Of a DNA stretch of 64,000 nucleotides, positions 34,343 through 47,431 are shown piece by piece. Source of the stretch: Mobula hypostoma (taxonomy: Eukaryota); the NCBI RefSeq assembly GCF_963921235.1, contig NC_086097.1:21268001-21332000 (forward strand), read 5' to 3'. The notes beneath the pieces were generated by a model, which was not told where the DNA came from, did no database searches, and saw nothing but the letters and a program-made list of their open reading frames with translations. Position numbers and translations under genes: made by a program. Each line of letters begins with the position of its first letter. The first letter of the stretch is position 1.

Positions 34343-36977
34343 ATAGACAATAGGTGCAGGAGTAGGCCATTCGGCCCTTCGAGCCAGCACCGCCATTCAC
34401 TGTGATCATGGCTGATCATCCACTATCAGTATCCAGTTCCTGCCTTATCCCCATAACCTTTGATTCCGCTATCTTTAAGAACTCTATCCATCTCTTTCTT
34501 GAAAGCATCCAGAGACTTGGCCTCCACAGCCTTCTGGGGCAGAGCATTCCATATATCCACCACTCTCTGGGTGAAAAAGTTTTTCCTCAACTCCGTTCTA
34601 AATGGCCTACCCCTAATTCTTAAACTGTGGCCTCTGGTTCTGGACTCACCCATCAGTGGGAACATGCTTCCTGCCTGCAGCGTATGCAATCCCTTAATAA
34701 TTCAATAAGATCCCCTCTCAGCCTTCTAAATTCCAGAGTATACAAACCCAGTCGCTCCAATCTTTCGACATATGACAGTCCCGCCATCCCGGGAATTAAC
34801 CTTGTGAACCTACGCTGCACTCCCTCAATAGCAAGAGTGTCCTTCCTCAAATTTGGAGACCAATAACTCACACAATACTCCAGGTGTGGTCTCACCAGGG
34901 CCCTGTACAGCTGCAGAAGGACCTCTTTGCTCTTATACGCAATTCCCCTTGTTATGAAGGCCAGCATGCCATTAACTTTTTTCACTGCCTGCTGTACTTG
35001 CATGCTTGCTTTCAGTGACTGATGTACAAGAACACCTAGATCTCGTTGTGCTTCCTCTTTTCCTAACTTGACTCCATTTAGATAATTATCTGCCTTCCCG
35101 TTCTTACCACCAAAGTGGATAACCTCACATTTATCCACATTAAACTGTATCTGCCATGCATCTGCCCACACACCCAACCTGTCCAAGTCACCCTGCATTC
35201 TCATAACATCCTCCTCACATTTCACACTGCCACCCAGCTTTGTGTCATCTGAAAATTTGCTAATGTTACTTTTAATCCCTTCATCTAAATCATTAATATA
35301 TATTGTAAACAGCTGCGGTCCCAGCACTGAACCCTGCGGTACCCCACTGGTCACCGCCTGCCATTCCGAAAGGGACCTGTTAGTCGCTACTCTTTGTTTT
35401 CTGTCAGCCAGCCAATTTTCAATCCATGTCAGTACTCTGCCCCCAATACCATGTGCCCTAATTTTGCCTACTCATCTCCTATGTGGGACTTTATCAAAGG
35501 CTTTCTGAAAGTCCAGGTACACAACATCCACTGGCTTTCCCTTGTCCATTTTCATAGTTACATCCTCAAAAAATTCCAGAAGATTAGTCAAGCACGATTT
35601 CCCCTTCGTAAATCCATGCTGACTCGGACCAATCCTGTTGCTACTATCCAGAAGTGTCGTAATTTCATCTTTTATAATTGACTCCAGCATCTTTCCCACC
35701 ACCGACGTCAGGCTAACCGGTCTATAATTCCCTGTTTTCTCTCTTCCTCCCTTCTTGAAGAAAGGGACAACGTTAGCCACCCTCCAACCCATAGGAACTG
35801 ATCCTGAATCTATAGAGTATTGGAAAATGATTACCAATGCGTCCACGATTTCTAAAGCCCCCTCCTTAAGTACCCTGGGATGCAGACCATCAGGTCCCGG
35901 GGACTTATCAGCCTTCAGACCCAACAGCCATTTCCTGCCTAATATAAATTTCCTTCAATTCATCCATTACCCTAGGTCTTTTGGCCACTATTACATCTGG
36001 GAGATTGTTTGTATCTTCCCTAGTGAAGACAGATCCAAAGTACCTGTTCAACTCATCTGCCATTTCCTTGTTCCCCATAATAAATTCACCCACTTCTGTC
36101 TTCAAGGGCCCAATTTTGGTCTTAACTATTTTTTTCCTTTTCACATACCTAAAGAAGCTTTTACTATCCTCCTTTATATTCTTGGCTAGTTTACCTTCAT
36201 ACCTCATTTTTTCTCCGCATATTGCCTTTTTAGTTACCTTCTGTTGCTCTTTAAAAGATTCCCAATCCTCCGGCTTCCCACTCGTCTTTGCTATGTTATA
36301 CTTCTTCTCTTTTATTTTTATGCTGTCCATTACTTCCCTTGTCAGCCACGGCCTCCCCTTACTCCCCTTAGGATCTTCCTTCCTCTTTGGAATGAACTGA
36401 TCCTGCACCTTCCGCATTATTCCCAGAAACACTTGCCATTGCTGTTCCACTGTCATCCCTGCTAGGGTATTGTTCCATTGAACTTTGGCCAGCTCCTCCC
36501 TCAAAGCACCATAGTTCCCTTTGTTCAACTGTAATACTGACACTTCCGAGTTTCCCTTCTCCTTCTCAAATTGTAGATTAAAACTTATCATATTATGGTC
36601 ACTATCTCCTAATGGCTCCTTTACCTCGAGGTCCCTGATCAAATCCGGTTCATTGCACAACACTAAATCTAGAATTGCGTTCTCTCTGTAGGCTCCAGTA
36701 CAAGCTGTTCTAAGAATCCATCTCGGAGGGACTCCACAAACTCCCTTTCTTGGGGTCCAGCACCAACCTGATTCCTCCAGTCTACCTGCATGTTGAAGAC
36801 CCCATAACAACTGTAGCATTACCTTTGCGACATGCCAATTTTAACTCTTGATTCAACTTGCACCCTACATCCAGACTACTGTTTGGGGGCCTGTAGATAA
36901 CTCCCATTAGGGTCTTTCTACCCTTAGAATTTCTCAGTTCTATCCATACTGACTCTATGTCTCCTGATTCTATGTCC
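34343..36977 (-). mobile_element. CR1 LINE, 5'-truncated (endonuclease C-terminus + RT)
   Basis: [40 protein letters not shown] and KFSDD motifs. Confidence 0.95.
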
Positions 36978-37399
36978 CGGGTTGAAGCACAACATCAATA
37001 AAGAGGCAAATTCATTGGTGGCTTTCTTCCAACTTGATACCTGACCTCTCCCCATGTGAGGTGGCAAATGTTTGCAAACACAGGATGAGGTCACCCTTCC
37101 ATTCCTTGAGCATGAGGGAGTGAGGGAGGGAAATAGATAAAGGAGCTGGTTCAATCACTGAAATGGAGATAGGAAGCATCCAGTGGCTAGGAAGTTGCCT
37201 TCTAGCAGACAAAGTGAAAAGGAACATGTATTGTTCTGTGAGCAGGAGTATGGCAACTCAATGACGTTACCTACTAGTACTGATCAGTGGAGTAGTACAT
37301 GTAATGGGGACAAGTAGGTGGCCAGTTGAAGGGTGTTGACTGGAAAAGTTGACCATCCATTTCCATTCATAGATCATACCTGACACACTGAGTTCATAA

Positions 37400-37835
37400 A
37401 ATCATAAGATATAGAAGCAGATTTAGGTCCTTTGGCCTATCGAGTCTGTTCCACCATTTCATGATGGCTGATCTATTATTGCTCTCAGCCCCAATCTCCT
37501 GCCTTCTACCCGTACTCCCTTATGCCTTAACCAGTCAAGAATCCCTACCTTATATATCCGTAAAGACTTGGCCTCCACAGCTACCTGTGGCAAAGAATTC
37601 CACACATTAACCCCTCTTTAGCTAAAGAAATTCCTCCTCATATCCATTCTAAAAGGATGCCCTCTATTTTGAGGCTGTGTCCTCTGGTCTTAGACTCTCC
37701 CACCATAGGAAACATCATCTCCACATCCACTCCATCAAGAGCTTTCAGCATTCGATAAGTTTCATTGAGACTACTCCTCATTCTTCTGAATTCCAGTGAA
37801 TACAAGCCTAGAGCCATCAAATGCTCTTCATATGA
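37400..37835 (-). mobile_element. CR1 3' fragment; similar fragments at ~43290-43595(+), ~45445-45895(+), ~51445-52065(-), ~58630-59240(+) and ~61335-61620(+)
   Basis: LGLYSLEFRR..TRGHSL motif and the CR1 3' UTR. Confidence 0.8.
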
Positions 37836-37908
37836 GCATTTTTTTTTGCTCCAGATCTCAGCATCCACAGTTTTTTGTGACTTCACCCTTTCTATTCTGC
37901 CATTTCAG

Positions 37909-37992
37909 ACTGCAGTTATCAGTTATGACTACCTTGCCTCGCTCAAGGGTCTGGAATATGGTACAGAGGAATATGAATCCGTCAAGTCGCAG
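37909..37992 (+). CDS. ADCK1: ADCK1 next coding exon (84 nt), TAVISYDYLASLKGLEYGTEEYESVKSQ
   Basis: Pyrimidine tract plus tttcAG acceptor and CAG|GTAAGG donor, phase 0/0 and in frame with the previous exon. Matches recalled ADCK1 TAVISYDYLTSLKSVPYGSEEY. Confidence 0.95.
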
Positions 37993-39437
37993 GTAAGGCT
38001 AAATCCTTGTGTGGGTGAGCTTCTACTGCTCTGTAAATTCCTGTAATTTTTGGTTTGAAAATGGTTAGGGAGAGGCAGATTGATGGATAGACTATCTGTG
38101 TTAAATCAAGATCTAACCTGATCTCCACAGTAGATACACCAATAGAGATTCCAGATACTTCTAGTTGTTCCTGTGCATGGTTTGTGAGCTTTGAGCCTCA
38201 AATTACATATTTTCCAAATGATGTGCCCTCCATTTTCATCCCTTGTAAACTTTAAGCCCCACAATCCAGGTTTTGCTTTCTTTGCAGCTTCTACTTTGCT
38301 TTCATTGGATTATTTTTACTCGGCGAGTCGCCATGTCACAACGTACTTCACTTGCTGCAGAGTAGTTTGGATTGCTTTGAGTAGATACAAAAGATGCTTA
38401 GGAATGACAATGTCTAATCAACTGGAGGAACCTTCACTCCAACCCCAATCACATCTTGCAGTTCAGGAGAAACAGCTTCATGACATTTTCTTCTTTAATC
38501 ATTTTTTTGTTTACAACTTAAATAAATGGAAATGGGTAAGAGGGGTTGAAGATTTTGGGAAAGAAATGATTGTCAGTGACATTTCAAGTAATGAAACTTA
38601 GAAGAATGTGTCCAACCACCTGATACCAGTCAAAGGTCAGTGGGAGAGGGCAGTCCAGGTTTTTCATATTAAAATTTTCTTTTTGAATGCCACCCCCGCT
38701 TATTTCTGATATGGATGTACTTTGAGGCTAAAATCTAGTGCAGTGAACAATGTTAAGTTGTATAATCAATTTGATTTGTATCTGTAATGAAAACAGCCCT
38801 GGCCAGCATTTATTATTCATTATTAATTACCTTTGAAGCCTGTGACCTGTTGTTGGAGAGCTACAATATGTGTGGTGAAGATTCTCCTACATTGGAGTTC
38901 CAGGGAAGTGATCCAGTCATCAATATAAATATGGTATTAACTGTATGTGAATATTGGGAACGTGCCAGTGACGGTTTTGGTAATTCACTATTTGGGTTCC
39001 AATCACAAAACCAGATTCTACTCTCAAAATCTGAAAGCAAAAGTATGCGATTGTGTTGGAAAAAGCTGAAATAAAACACCATGCTGTCAATGCTGACCAG
39101 CTGAGGCAGCTCTGTAGAGAGGGGGATGGTGTTAACGTTTGTGGTCAATGCCCTTTCATCAGTGCTGAGAGGGTATGAAATGCACCCCAAGTTCTAAGTT
39201 ACAGAAAAAGTGGGGGAATGGGGAGGGGTGGTGGAGATGCGTAAAAGGGGAGGTTTTGTGTGTGGAGACTGGGTGAATGACACAGTGACAGGGTAAAGCG
39301 GGTTGAACGCTGGTGCTAATGCATGCTGAGGTATACAGAGGAGGTGTTTGAGTGAAATTTGCAAAAAGCAGGAGGCTCACTGTGAGGAAAGATGCAAACC
39401 ACTTGCCCACTGGCACTGCTGTGAAGTTTGAAGGATA

Positions 39438-40863
39438 CAGTAGCATGCAAAAGTCTGGGCACCCCTGGTCAAAGTTTCTATTACTGTGAATGGCTAAGTG
39501 AGTAAAAGATGACCTGATTTCCAAAAGGCATAAAGTTAAAGATGACACATTTCTTTAATATTTTAAGCAAAATTACCTTTTTACTTCCATCTTTTACAGT
39601 TTCAAAATAACAAAAAAGGAAAAGGGCCCGAAGCAAAAGTTTGGGCACCCTGCATGGTCAGTGCTTAGTAACACCCCCTTTGGCAAGTATCACAGCTTGT
39701 AAATGCTTTCTGTAGCCAGCTAAGAGTCTTTCAATTCTTGTTTGGGGGATTTTCGCCCATTCTTCCTCGCAAAAGGCTTCTAGTTCTGTAAGATTCTTGG
39801 GCCATCTTGCATGCACTGCTCTTTTGAGGTCTATCCACAGATTCTCGATGACGTTTAGGTTGAGGGACTGAGGGCCATGGCAAAACCTTAAGAGTGTGCC
39901 TCTTGAGGTAGTTCGTTGTGGATTTTGAGGTGTGTTTAGGATCATTATCCTGTTGTAGAAGCCATCCTCTTTTCATTTTTTTTTTATACAGACGGTGTGA
40001 CGTTTGCTCCAGAATTTGCTGGCATTTAATTGAATTCATTTTTCCTTCTACCGATGAAATGTTCCCCGTGCCACTGGCTGCAACACAAGCCCAAAGCATG
40101 ATGGATCCACCCCTGTGCTTAACGGTTGGAGAGGTGTTCTTTTCATGAAATTCTGCACCCTTTTTTCTCCAAACATACCTTTGCTCATTGCGGCCAAAAA
40201 GTTCTATCTTAACTTCATCAGTCCACAGGACTTGTTTCCAAAATGCATCAGGCTTGATTAGATGTTCCTTTGCAAACGTCTGATGCTGAATTTTGTGGTG
40301 AGGACGTAGGAAAGGTTTTCTTCTGATGACTCTGCATGAAGGTCATATTTGTGCAGGTGTTGCTGCACAGTAGAACAGTGCACCACCACTCCAGAGTCTG
40401 CTAAATCTTCCTGAAGGTCTTTTGCAGTCAAACGGGGGTTTTGATTTGCCTTTCTAGCAATCCTACGAGCAGTTCTTTCGGAAAATTTTCGGTCTTCCAG
40501 ACCTCAACTTGACCTCCATCGTTCCTGTTAACTGCCATTTCTTAATTACATTACCAACAGAGGAAACGGCTACCAGAAAATACTTTGTTATCTTATAGCC
40601 TTCTCCTGCTGTGTGGGCATCATTTATTTTAATTTTCAGAGTGCTAGGCAGCTTCTTAGAGGAGGCCACGGCTGCTGATTGTTGGGACAAGGTTTGAGGA
40701 GTCAGGGTATTTATAAAACTTTGAAATTTGCATCACCTGACCTTTCCTAACGATGATTGTGAACAAGTCATAGCCCTAACAAGCTAATTAAGGTCTGAGA
40801 CCTTGGCAAAAGTTATCTGAGAGCTCAAATCTCTTGGGGTGCCCAAACTTTTGCATGCCATTG
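39438..40863 (-). mobile_element. Tc1 transposon with a frameshifted transposase
   Basis: TIR CAGTAGCATGCAAAAGT(C/T)TGGGCACCCC, TA at both flanks; QQDNDPKH and IENLW DDE-domain motifs. Confidence 0.93.
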
Positions 40864-41535
40864 TATATGGCCATGGTAGAGGGACTCACAGCCTGGCTGA
40901 AAGCCTGTGACAATGAATCACATGTTTTGCTTCTTTGATTTGTATCAGAGGGTTTGCTAATTGGCTAGAGTTGTACTGAATGAGCTAATCTGTGCACAGC
41001 AATGTGACGATGACCAGATAATCAGTTTCATTATGTTGACTGACCAAAAAGAAATCAAGCGATATAGGGTTAGTGCAGTAAAGTAACACCAAAGTACTTA
41101 CTGAAAGTTGGAGTTGGCTCAAGGTAATGCCCTACTCCAGCTTCTGTTTCTTATGGAAAAGTGCAACTGAATTCTGTTACTCTTCAGGCATCACTATGGA
41201 ATCTTTACAATCACCTGAGAGGACAGAAAGTATTAGTGTTGGTCCTTTTAATTGTCATATTTACAAAAATACAGTGAAAAGCCTGTCTTGATTCCTGTTC
41301 GTACAGATCAAATCATTACAGAGTACATTGAGTTGGAATAGGATAAAACAATAAGAATATAGAATAAACTGTAAAAAACTATCAGCAAAGTGCAGGTAAG
41401 TGATAAGTAAAAGATCATAATGAGGTAGATTGTGAACCAAGAGTCTATCTTATCATACAAGCATTTGAGTCATGTTGAAGACATGCGAAATTTCTTTCAC
41501 TTTCTGAGCACTGAGATTCATAGAACTTGGAATTG

Positions 41536-42296
41536 GGTGGCATAGTAGTGTAGTGGTCAGCATTACAATGCAGTGACCCGGGTTCAGTTCCCAACACTGC
41601 TGTCTGTAAAGGCTGATTTATACTTCTTCGTCATATCGACGCCATAGGTACGGCGTTGCTGCGAACCCTATGCGGATCACTACGCCGTGGCCTGACGCAC
41701 ACCTCTCCCAAAATGAAACTACGTGTCACGGCAACGCAGACCGCAACGACTGTGATTGGTCCGCTTGGTAGCATCGCATTTCCTCCTAGGCTGCAATAGC
41801 TTCCCATTGGGCGACTGAAGGGCAGGGAAGGAACTCTGGCTGCAATGCTTTCCATAAAGCTTTACAGGCCTCCAAAATTATGGAGGACACATTTCGCTTT
41901 TACGAAAAAAGATGCTCGCTTTAAACTTATTTACCCTGAGAAAGACTACCATGGCCATGAAGCCTTGCGCAGGCAGGTGTGTGCGCGTGCACGACGTGCC
42001 CGAATTGCAGAGCGACGCAGACACACCAACGCACAAGTATAAATACTCACAAGGCGCGTAGGCTACTTGCGTAGGTTACGGCGTCGAGTTGACGCCAAGT
42101 ATAAATCAGCCGTAAGGAGTTTGTATGTTCTCCCTGTGACCGCATGGGTTCCTTTCAGGTGCTCCGGTTTCCTCCGACATCCCAAAGACGTACAGTTAGT
42201 AGGTTAATTGGTTACATGGGTGTATTTGGGCAGCGTGGGCTCATTGGCCCAGAAGGGTCTGTTACTGTGCTGTATCTCGAAATACATAAATAAATA
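41536..42296 (+). mobile_element. V-SINE split by a MITE
   Basis: Removing 41610-42112 and one TAA restores GTCTGTAAGGAGTTTG, the junction seen in other copies (e.g. ~31050). Confidence 0.85.
41610..42112. mobile_element. PIF/Harbinger-type MITE (503 bp)
   Basis: TIR GGCTGATTTATACTT / AAGTATAAATCAGCC extending imperfectly ~35 bp; TAA TSD (41607-41609, 42113-42115); CpG-rich. Confidence 0.88.
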
Positions 42297-43102
42297 GGCC
42301 CTCATGTCCAACTTTGCAGGTTTTTATCTGCAAGGTAAATATTGAACTGCAATGAAATGCATGGGGCACTGATACTGATTATATGGGCCACCAAGGGTTT
42401 GACACAACATCAGTAGAGAAGCAAAGTCAATAAGGAATATTGCAAGATTTTGCTCTGAGCTTGTGTATCATGGAGGGGCTGAAGTATCCACTGAACTGTC
42501 TCTGATGTTATCAGGTGGTTATTGAACCTTCAAGTATAATATTCATTAATCAGGATTTTCTCCTGTTGCTTTGATATCTTGAAACATGTTCATGTTCCTT
42601 ATGGAAGCAACTTGTCAAGCAAACTTTGAAAAGAAAGATTACCTTGATACCTAGTCACATAAGGAAATACAGATGATCAGATAAGATTATCTTAACGAAA
42701 AGGGAGGTGGAAGGGATCCCTAGAGATGATGGTTATGAAATGTTAAGAAATATTTCCAAGTGACCACACTTGTGAGTTCCAGAGGAAAGAAAGGGAATTA
42801 AAGTTTGGGAGGGAAGTGGCAACTTGACAAGTTTGCAGAGTTGCTGTCTTCTAAACGGGACAAAATCCTTCCCACTGTTGAGGACATCTTGAAGAGATGG
42901 TGCTTCAAGAAGGCAGCATCCATTATTAAGGACTCTCGCTATCCAGGACATGCCCTCTTCTCATTACTACCTTCAGAGACGAGGTACGGGAGCCTGAAGA
43001 CCCACGCTCAATGATTCAGAAACAGCTACTTCCCCTCTGCCATCAAATTTCTGAGCCGTCTTTGAACCCATAAACATTACTTCACTATTTCCACTTGTGG
43101 TG

Positions 43103-43103
<1 letters not shown>

Positions 43104-43135
<32 letters not shown>
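43104..43135. repeat. (TA)n microsatellite
   Basis: Direct reading. Confidence 0.95.
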
Positions 43136-43140
<5 letters not shown>

Positions 43141-44509
43141 TTTGTAATTTGTAGTAATTTTTGTCTTCCCATTGAACTGCTGCTGCAAAACAAGTTTTAC
43201 ATCATACAAGTCAGTGATATTAAATGTGATTCTGATTCCTTGGGGCCAAAATGTGTTACATGTTCCATGAACCAGATATGATATTAGGGAAAAACAAAGA
43301 GTGGGGAAGATTCGAACAAGAGGGCATGGGTTGAGAATTAGAGGACAAAAGTTTAAGGGTAACATGAGGGGGAACTTCTTTACTCAGAGAGTGGTAGCTG
43401 TGTGGAAGTGGTTGAGGTAGGCTCTATGTTGTTGTTTAAAGTTAAAATGGATAGATATATGGACAGGAAAGGAATGGAGGATTATGGGCTGAGTGCAGGT
43501 CGGCGGGAATAGGATAGGGTAAGAGTTCGGCACGGACTAGAAGGGCCGAGATGGCCTGTTTCTGTGCTGTAATTGTTATATGGTTATATGGTTATAAAGA
43601 GAGCTGTTCTAACATTGCAGGATTCTTTATAGAATTAATCAATAGTCCAAATAACAGTTTTGCTTTGAACTTATTTACTAGTTGCAAGGATATTGAATGT
43701 GTAGGGTTGGTGGGTGGTGGTGGTTGGAAATGATATAATGGCTGTCTGATCAGAGGTGTAATACAGTGCCGTTACTTTATTGAAAAGATCCCCGGTGAAG
43801 AGTCAGACATACCCTTTCCTAGCAACCAGCCCAAGGCAAATGCCTCTCTTTCAATAAGTAATATAAAATTTATAATAATAGCGAAAGTCCTTTCCTGTGA
43901 GAGCTTAGTAGAAGTGGCCCTTGTCTATAAAGTAGCAGTATTGTGATGAAGAACAGTGACTGAAACTTTAAGTTGAATGAAAAGGCAGATTCTTCATCAG
44001 ATGAAGTGTCCTTGTGACTCTTTTGTTGTCAGACTGAAGAAGAATGAACAGTTCGTGAAAATCTTCTGTAGGTCATCATTTGGACTAAACCTTCCCTTGT
44101 AGCAAGGTTTCAATCTAAATATTTACCAACGTTAATTGAGATTAATTATTAATAAAGTGACTCAATGGCTTATTTTGGCATTTTTGAAGCTTATTAATTA
44201 CACACTTGAGAGGAGAGACAATTAAATCGCAAACATCCTATTATGGAGTTCAATAACACCGCTAGATAGTTGTGGCAGTAAAAATAATCTGAAAAAGAAT
44301 TCTGCTTTTCTGTCACCGTGAACTTGAGCTGCCATTTCCAGTCCTCATTGACAGTCATCGTTCGTGCTATGTCACCATGTACTGCATGGCAAGTAGAATC
44401 CTTGTCATGTTGTCATGTCTTGCTGACCTGTCAGTGCTGGAACTGTGATAGACTTTTAAAGTCTAGGCCTAAGCTTTTGGCCTACACTCTAGCCCACTTG
44501 TGGTGAATG

Positions 44510-45069
44510 CAGACATCCCACCTCTCCCGGAAGTTCTGGGAGTCTCCCGCATATTAATAGTGGCTCCCTGATGCCCGCAAATTATATACAATATCACGGA
44601 AATTGATTTTTTTGAGAGCGAGCGAGAGAGAATGAGAGAGAGAGTGCAAGAGCATGCCAGAGAGAGCGGGGTCGAGAGAGGGAGATAGAGTGAGAGAGCG
44701 AGCGAGAGAGAGAGAGAGAGAGAGAGTGCACGCGCACCATGGCAGAGTGTTCCAAAAAAAGAAAATATAAAACGTACATCACCCCAGACTACCCTAAAGT
44801 GTACCCCTGCCTAATAGGGGTCAAAAGTAATGACAGTGTTGCTTGGTGCACTGTTTGCAACAGTGACTTTTCTATTGCCCATGGTGGGTTAAGACTGTAA
44901 AAGACATGTTGAGGTGAGTTTAACAGGTGTCATTCGTTCATTAGCATAGCTAACGTTATTTAAACTAGCTGGCTAGCTGTTAAGGAGCTACTCTATTGCA
45001 GACATCCCCCCTCCCGCAAATTGATGGTGCTACCTCCCTGAAATGAATTTTTGCAGGGTGGGATGTCTG
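44510..45069 (+). mobile_element. Non-autonomous hAT element with a transposase N-terminal remnant and a (GA)n tract
   Basis: TIR CAGACATCCCACC / GGTGGGATGTCTG; TSD TGAATG (or GTGAATGC); ORF 44739-44900 encodes C-x2-C..FSIAHGG, then DCKRH after a frameshift. Confidence 0.85.
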
Positions 45070-45986
45070 TGAATGCATACCTTTTGGGAATGTCTGGACG
45101 AATCACGGCTTGGAAAGGTAACTGCCCTGTTCAAAATCGCAAACACCTGATGAGAATTGTGGACGGCACTTGGCATGTTATGGAAAACAGCCTCCCCTCC
45201 ATGTTCTACACTGTCTACACTTCTTACTGCTTGGTAAAGCAGCCAGCATGATCAAAAACCCCACTCACCTCAGACATACTCACTTCTACCCCCCTTCTCC
45301 CCTTCCCATCAGCCAGAAGATTCAAAAGCCTAAAAGCATGCACATCCAAGCTCAAGGACAGCTTCTATCCTGCTGTTATAAAACTATTAGATAGTTTCCT
45401 AGTATGTTAAGATGGATTCTTGACCTCACAATCTACCTGAATGGCTTGTGGTATGATGAGTGTTTGATGGCTCTGGGCCTGTATTCACTAGAATTCTGAA
45501 GAATAAAGGGTGACCTCATTGGAGCCTATTGAATGGTGAAAGGCCTTGATAGAGTGCATGCGGAGAGGATATTTCCTATGGAGGGAGAGTCTAAGACCAG
45601 AGGACACAGCCTCAGAATAGAGGGGTATTCTTTTAGATCTGGGATGAGGCGGAATTTCTTTAGGCAGAGAGGGTTGAATCTGTGGAATTCTTTGCTATAG
45701 GCAGCTGTGGAGGCCAAGTCTTTAGGTATATTTAAGCAGAGGTCGATAGATTCTTGATTGGTCGGGGCATGAAGGGATACAAGGAGAAAGTCGGAGAGTG
45801 GGGCTGAGAGGAAAACTGGATCAACCACGGTGAAATAGCGGAACAGACTTGATGGGCTAAATGGCCTAATTCTGCTGCTATATTTTATGGTCTTATGATC
45901 TCATTATGGCTTTGTTCCTTGTTGGCTGAAACTGTAACATCTTATACTGCATTCTCTTATTGTTTTCTCATGTACTATCTCAATGT

Positions 45987-46210
45987 TGCCAGCTGGTGGT
46001 GTAGTGGCATCAGCGCCGGACTTCAGAGCGAAGGCTCCCGAGTTCGAATCCAGCCGGCTCCCTTGCACGCTTTCCATCCGTGCTGGGTTAAGCGTCGAGC
46101 TAGCAACTCGGCCTCATAAAAAAAATAAGAAAGCCTGCTAAAAATTTGCTGTCATGACGGCGTCCCGATGGCTCCACTCGGATTTAAGGGCTTTCTTCGT
46201 CTTCTTCTTC
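45987..46210 (+). mobile_element. tRNA-derived SINE with a (TTC)n tail
   Basis: A/B boxes and CTCAATGT TSD. Confidence 0.85.
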
Positions 46211-47028
46211 GCCTCAATGTACTGATGTGATGAAATAATCTGTATGGGTGGTATGGAAAGTGAAGTTTTTCACTTCCTGGGTATTTGTGACATAATAAAC
46301 CAATACCAATAGGAATAATCACAAAGGGAAGGGATTGAAGCTATCTGTGTAACAAGTGGTGAAAGCCCTACTTGACCACTTAGTTCTTATGACAAAATGT
46401 TTTTGTTGTACTGCTTACACCTAATAAGAACTATTGAAGATATTAAATTGCATCTTAGCTGCTAAGCCTGAATGACTATCTCTGCACTGTATTGGTAGTA
46501 GTCTACATTGTCACGTGTACCAAGATACAGTGAAAAGCTTGTCTTGCATGCTGTTCATACAGATCAGATCATTACTGAGCTAGAATAAGGTAAAACAATA
46601 ATAGTGCTGGGTAAAGTGTAAAAGCTACTTGAAAAATGCAGTGCAGGTAAACAATTAAGTACAAGATCATAATGAGGAAGATTGTGAAGCCAAGTGATCC
46701 ATCTTATCATCTGATATTCAAGGTTCTTGTGACAGTGGGATAGAAGCTGACTTTGATCCTGGTGGTATGATGGAGGGGAGAAGAAAGAATGTTAGGGGTG
46801 GGTGGGCTCTTTGATTATGCTGGCTGCTTTACTAAGGCAATGAGAAGTACAGACAGAGTCCATAGAGGGAAAACTGGTTCCTATGATGTGCTGAGCTGTG
46901 TCCAAAACTCTCTAGTTACTTGTGGTCACGTGCCTAGCACTTGCCATTACCAAGCTGTTATGCATCCAGACATAATGCTTTCCCTGGTGCGTCGTCAAAA
47001 ACTGTAAAAGTCAACAGGGAAAACCGAA

Positions 47029-47431
47029 CACGAGGAAATCTGCAGATGCTGGAATTTCAAGCAACACACATAAAATAATGCTGGTGAACGCAGCAGGCCA
47101 GGTAGCATCTATAGGAAGAGGTACAGTCGATGTTTCAGGACAAGACCCTTCGTCCATTTCCAGTCCTCATTGACAGTCATCGTTGGTGCTATGGCGCCAT
47201 GTACTGCACAGCAAGTAGAATCCTTGTCATGTTGCCATGTCTTGCTGGCTTGTCAGTGCTGGAACTGTGATAGACTTTTAAAGCCTAGGTCTAGGCTTTG
47301 GGCCTACACTCTAGCCCACTTGTGGTGAATGCATACCACTTGGGAATGTCTGGATGAATTATAGTCAGGACGAAGGGTCTCGGCTGGAAACATCGACTGT
47401 ACCTCTTCCTATAGATGCTGCCTGGCCTGCT
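47029..47431. mobile_element. Fold-back Penelope termini enclosing a captured local sequence
   Basis: Inverted PLE arms at 47029-47153 and ~47366-47431; 13-bp TSD AGGGAAAAC(C/T)GAA (47016-47028 / 47432-47444); the filler is a copy of 44333-44510 + 45077-45110. Confidence 0.88.

Noticed and set aside
45987..46055. tRNA gene (also 29787-29852)
   Set aside because: The A/B boxes are followed by a SINE body, a tail and TSDs; these are SINE heads.
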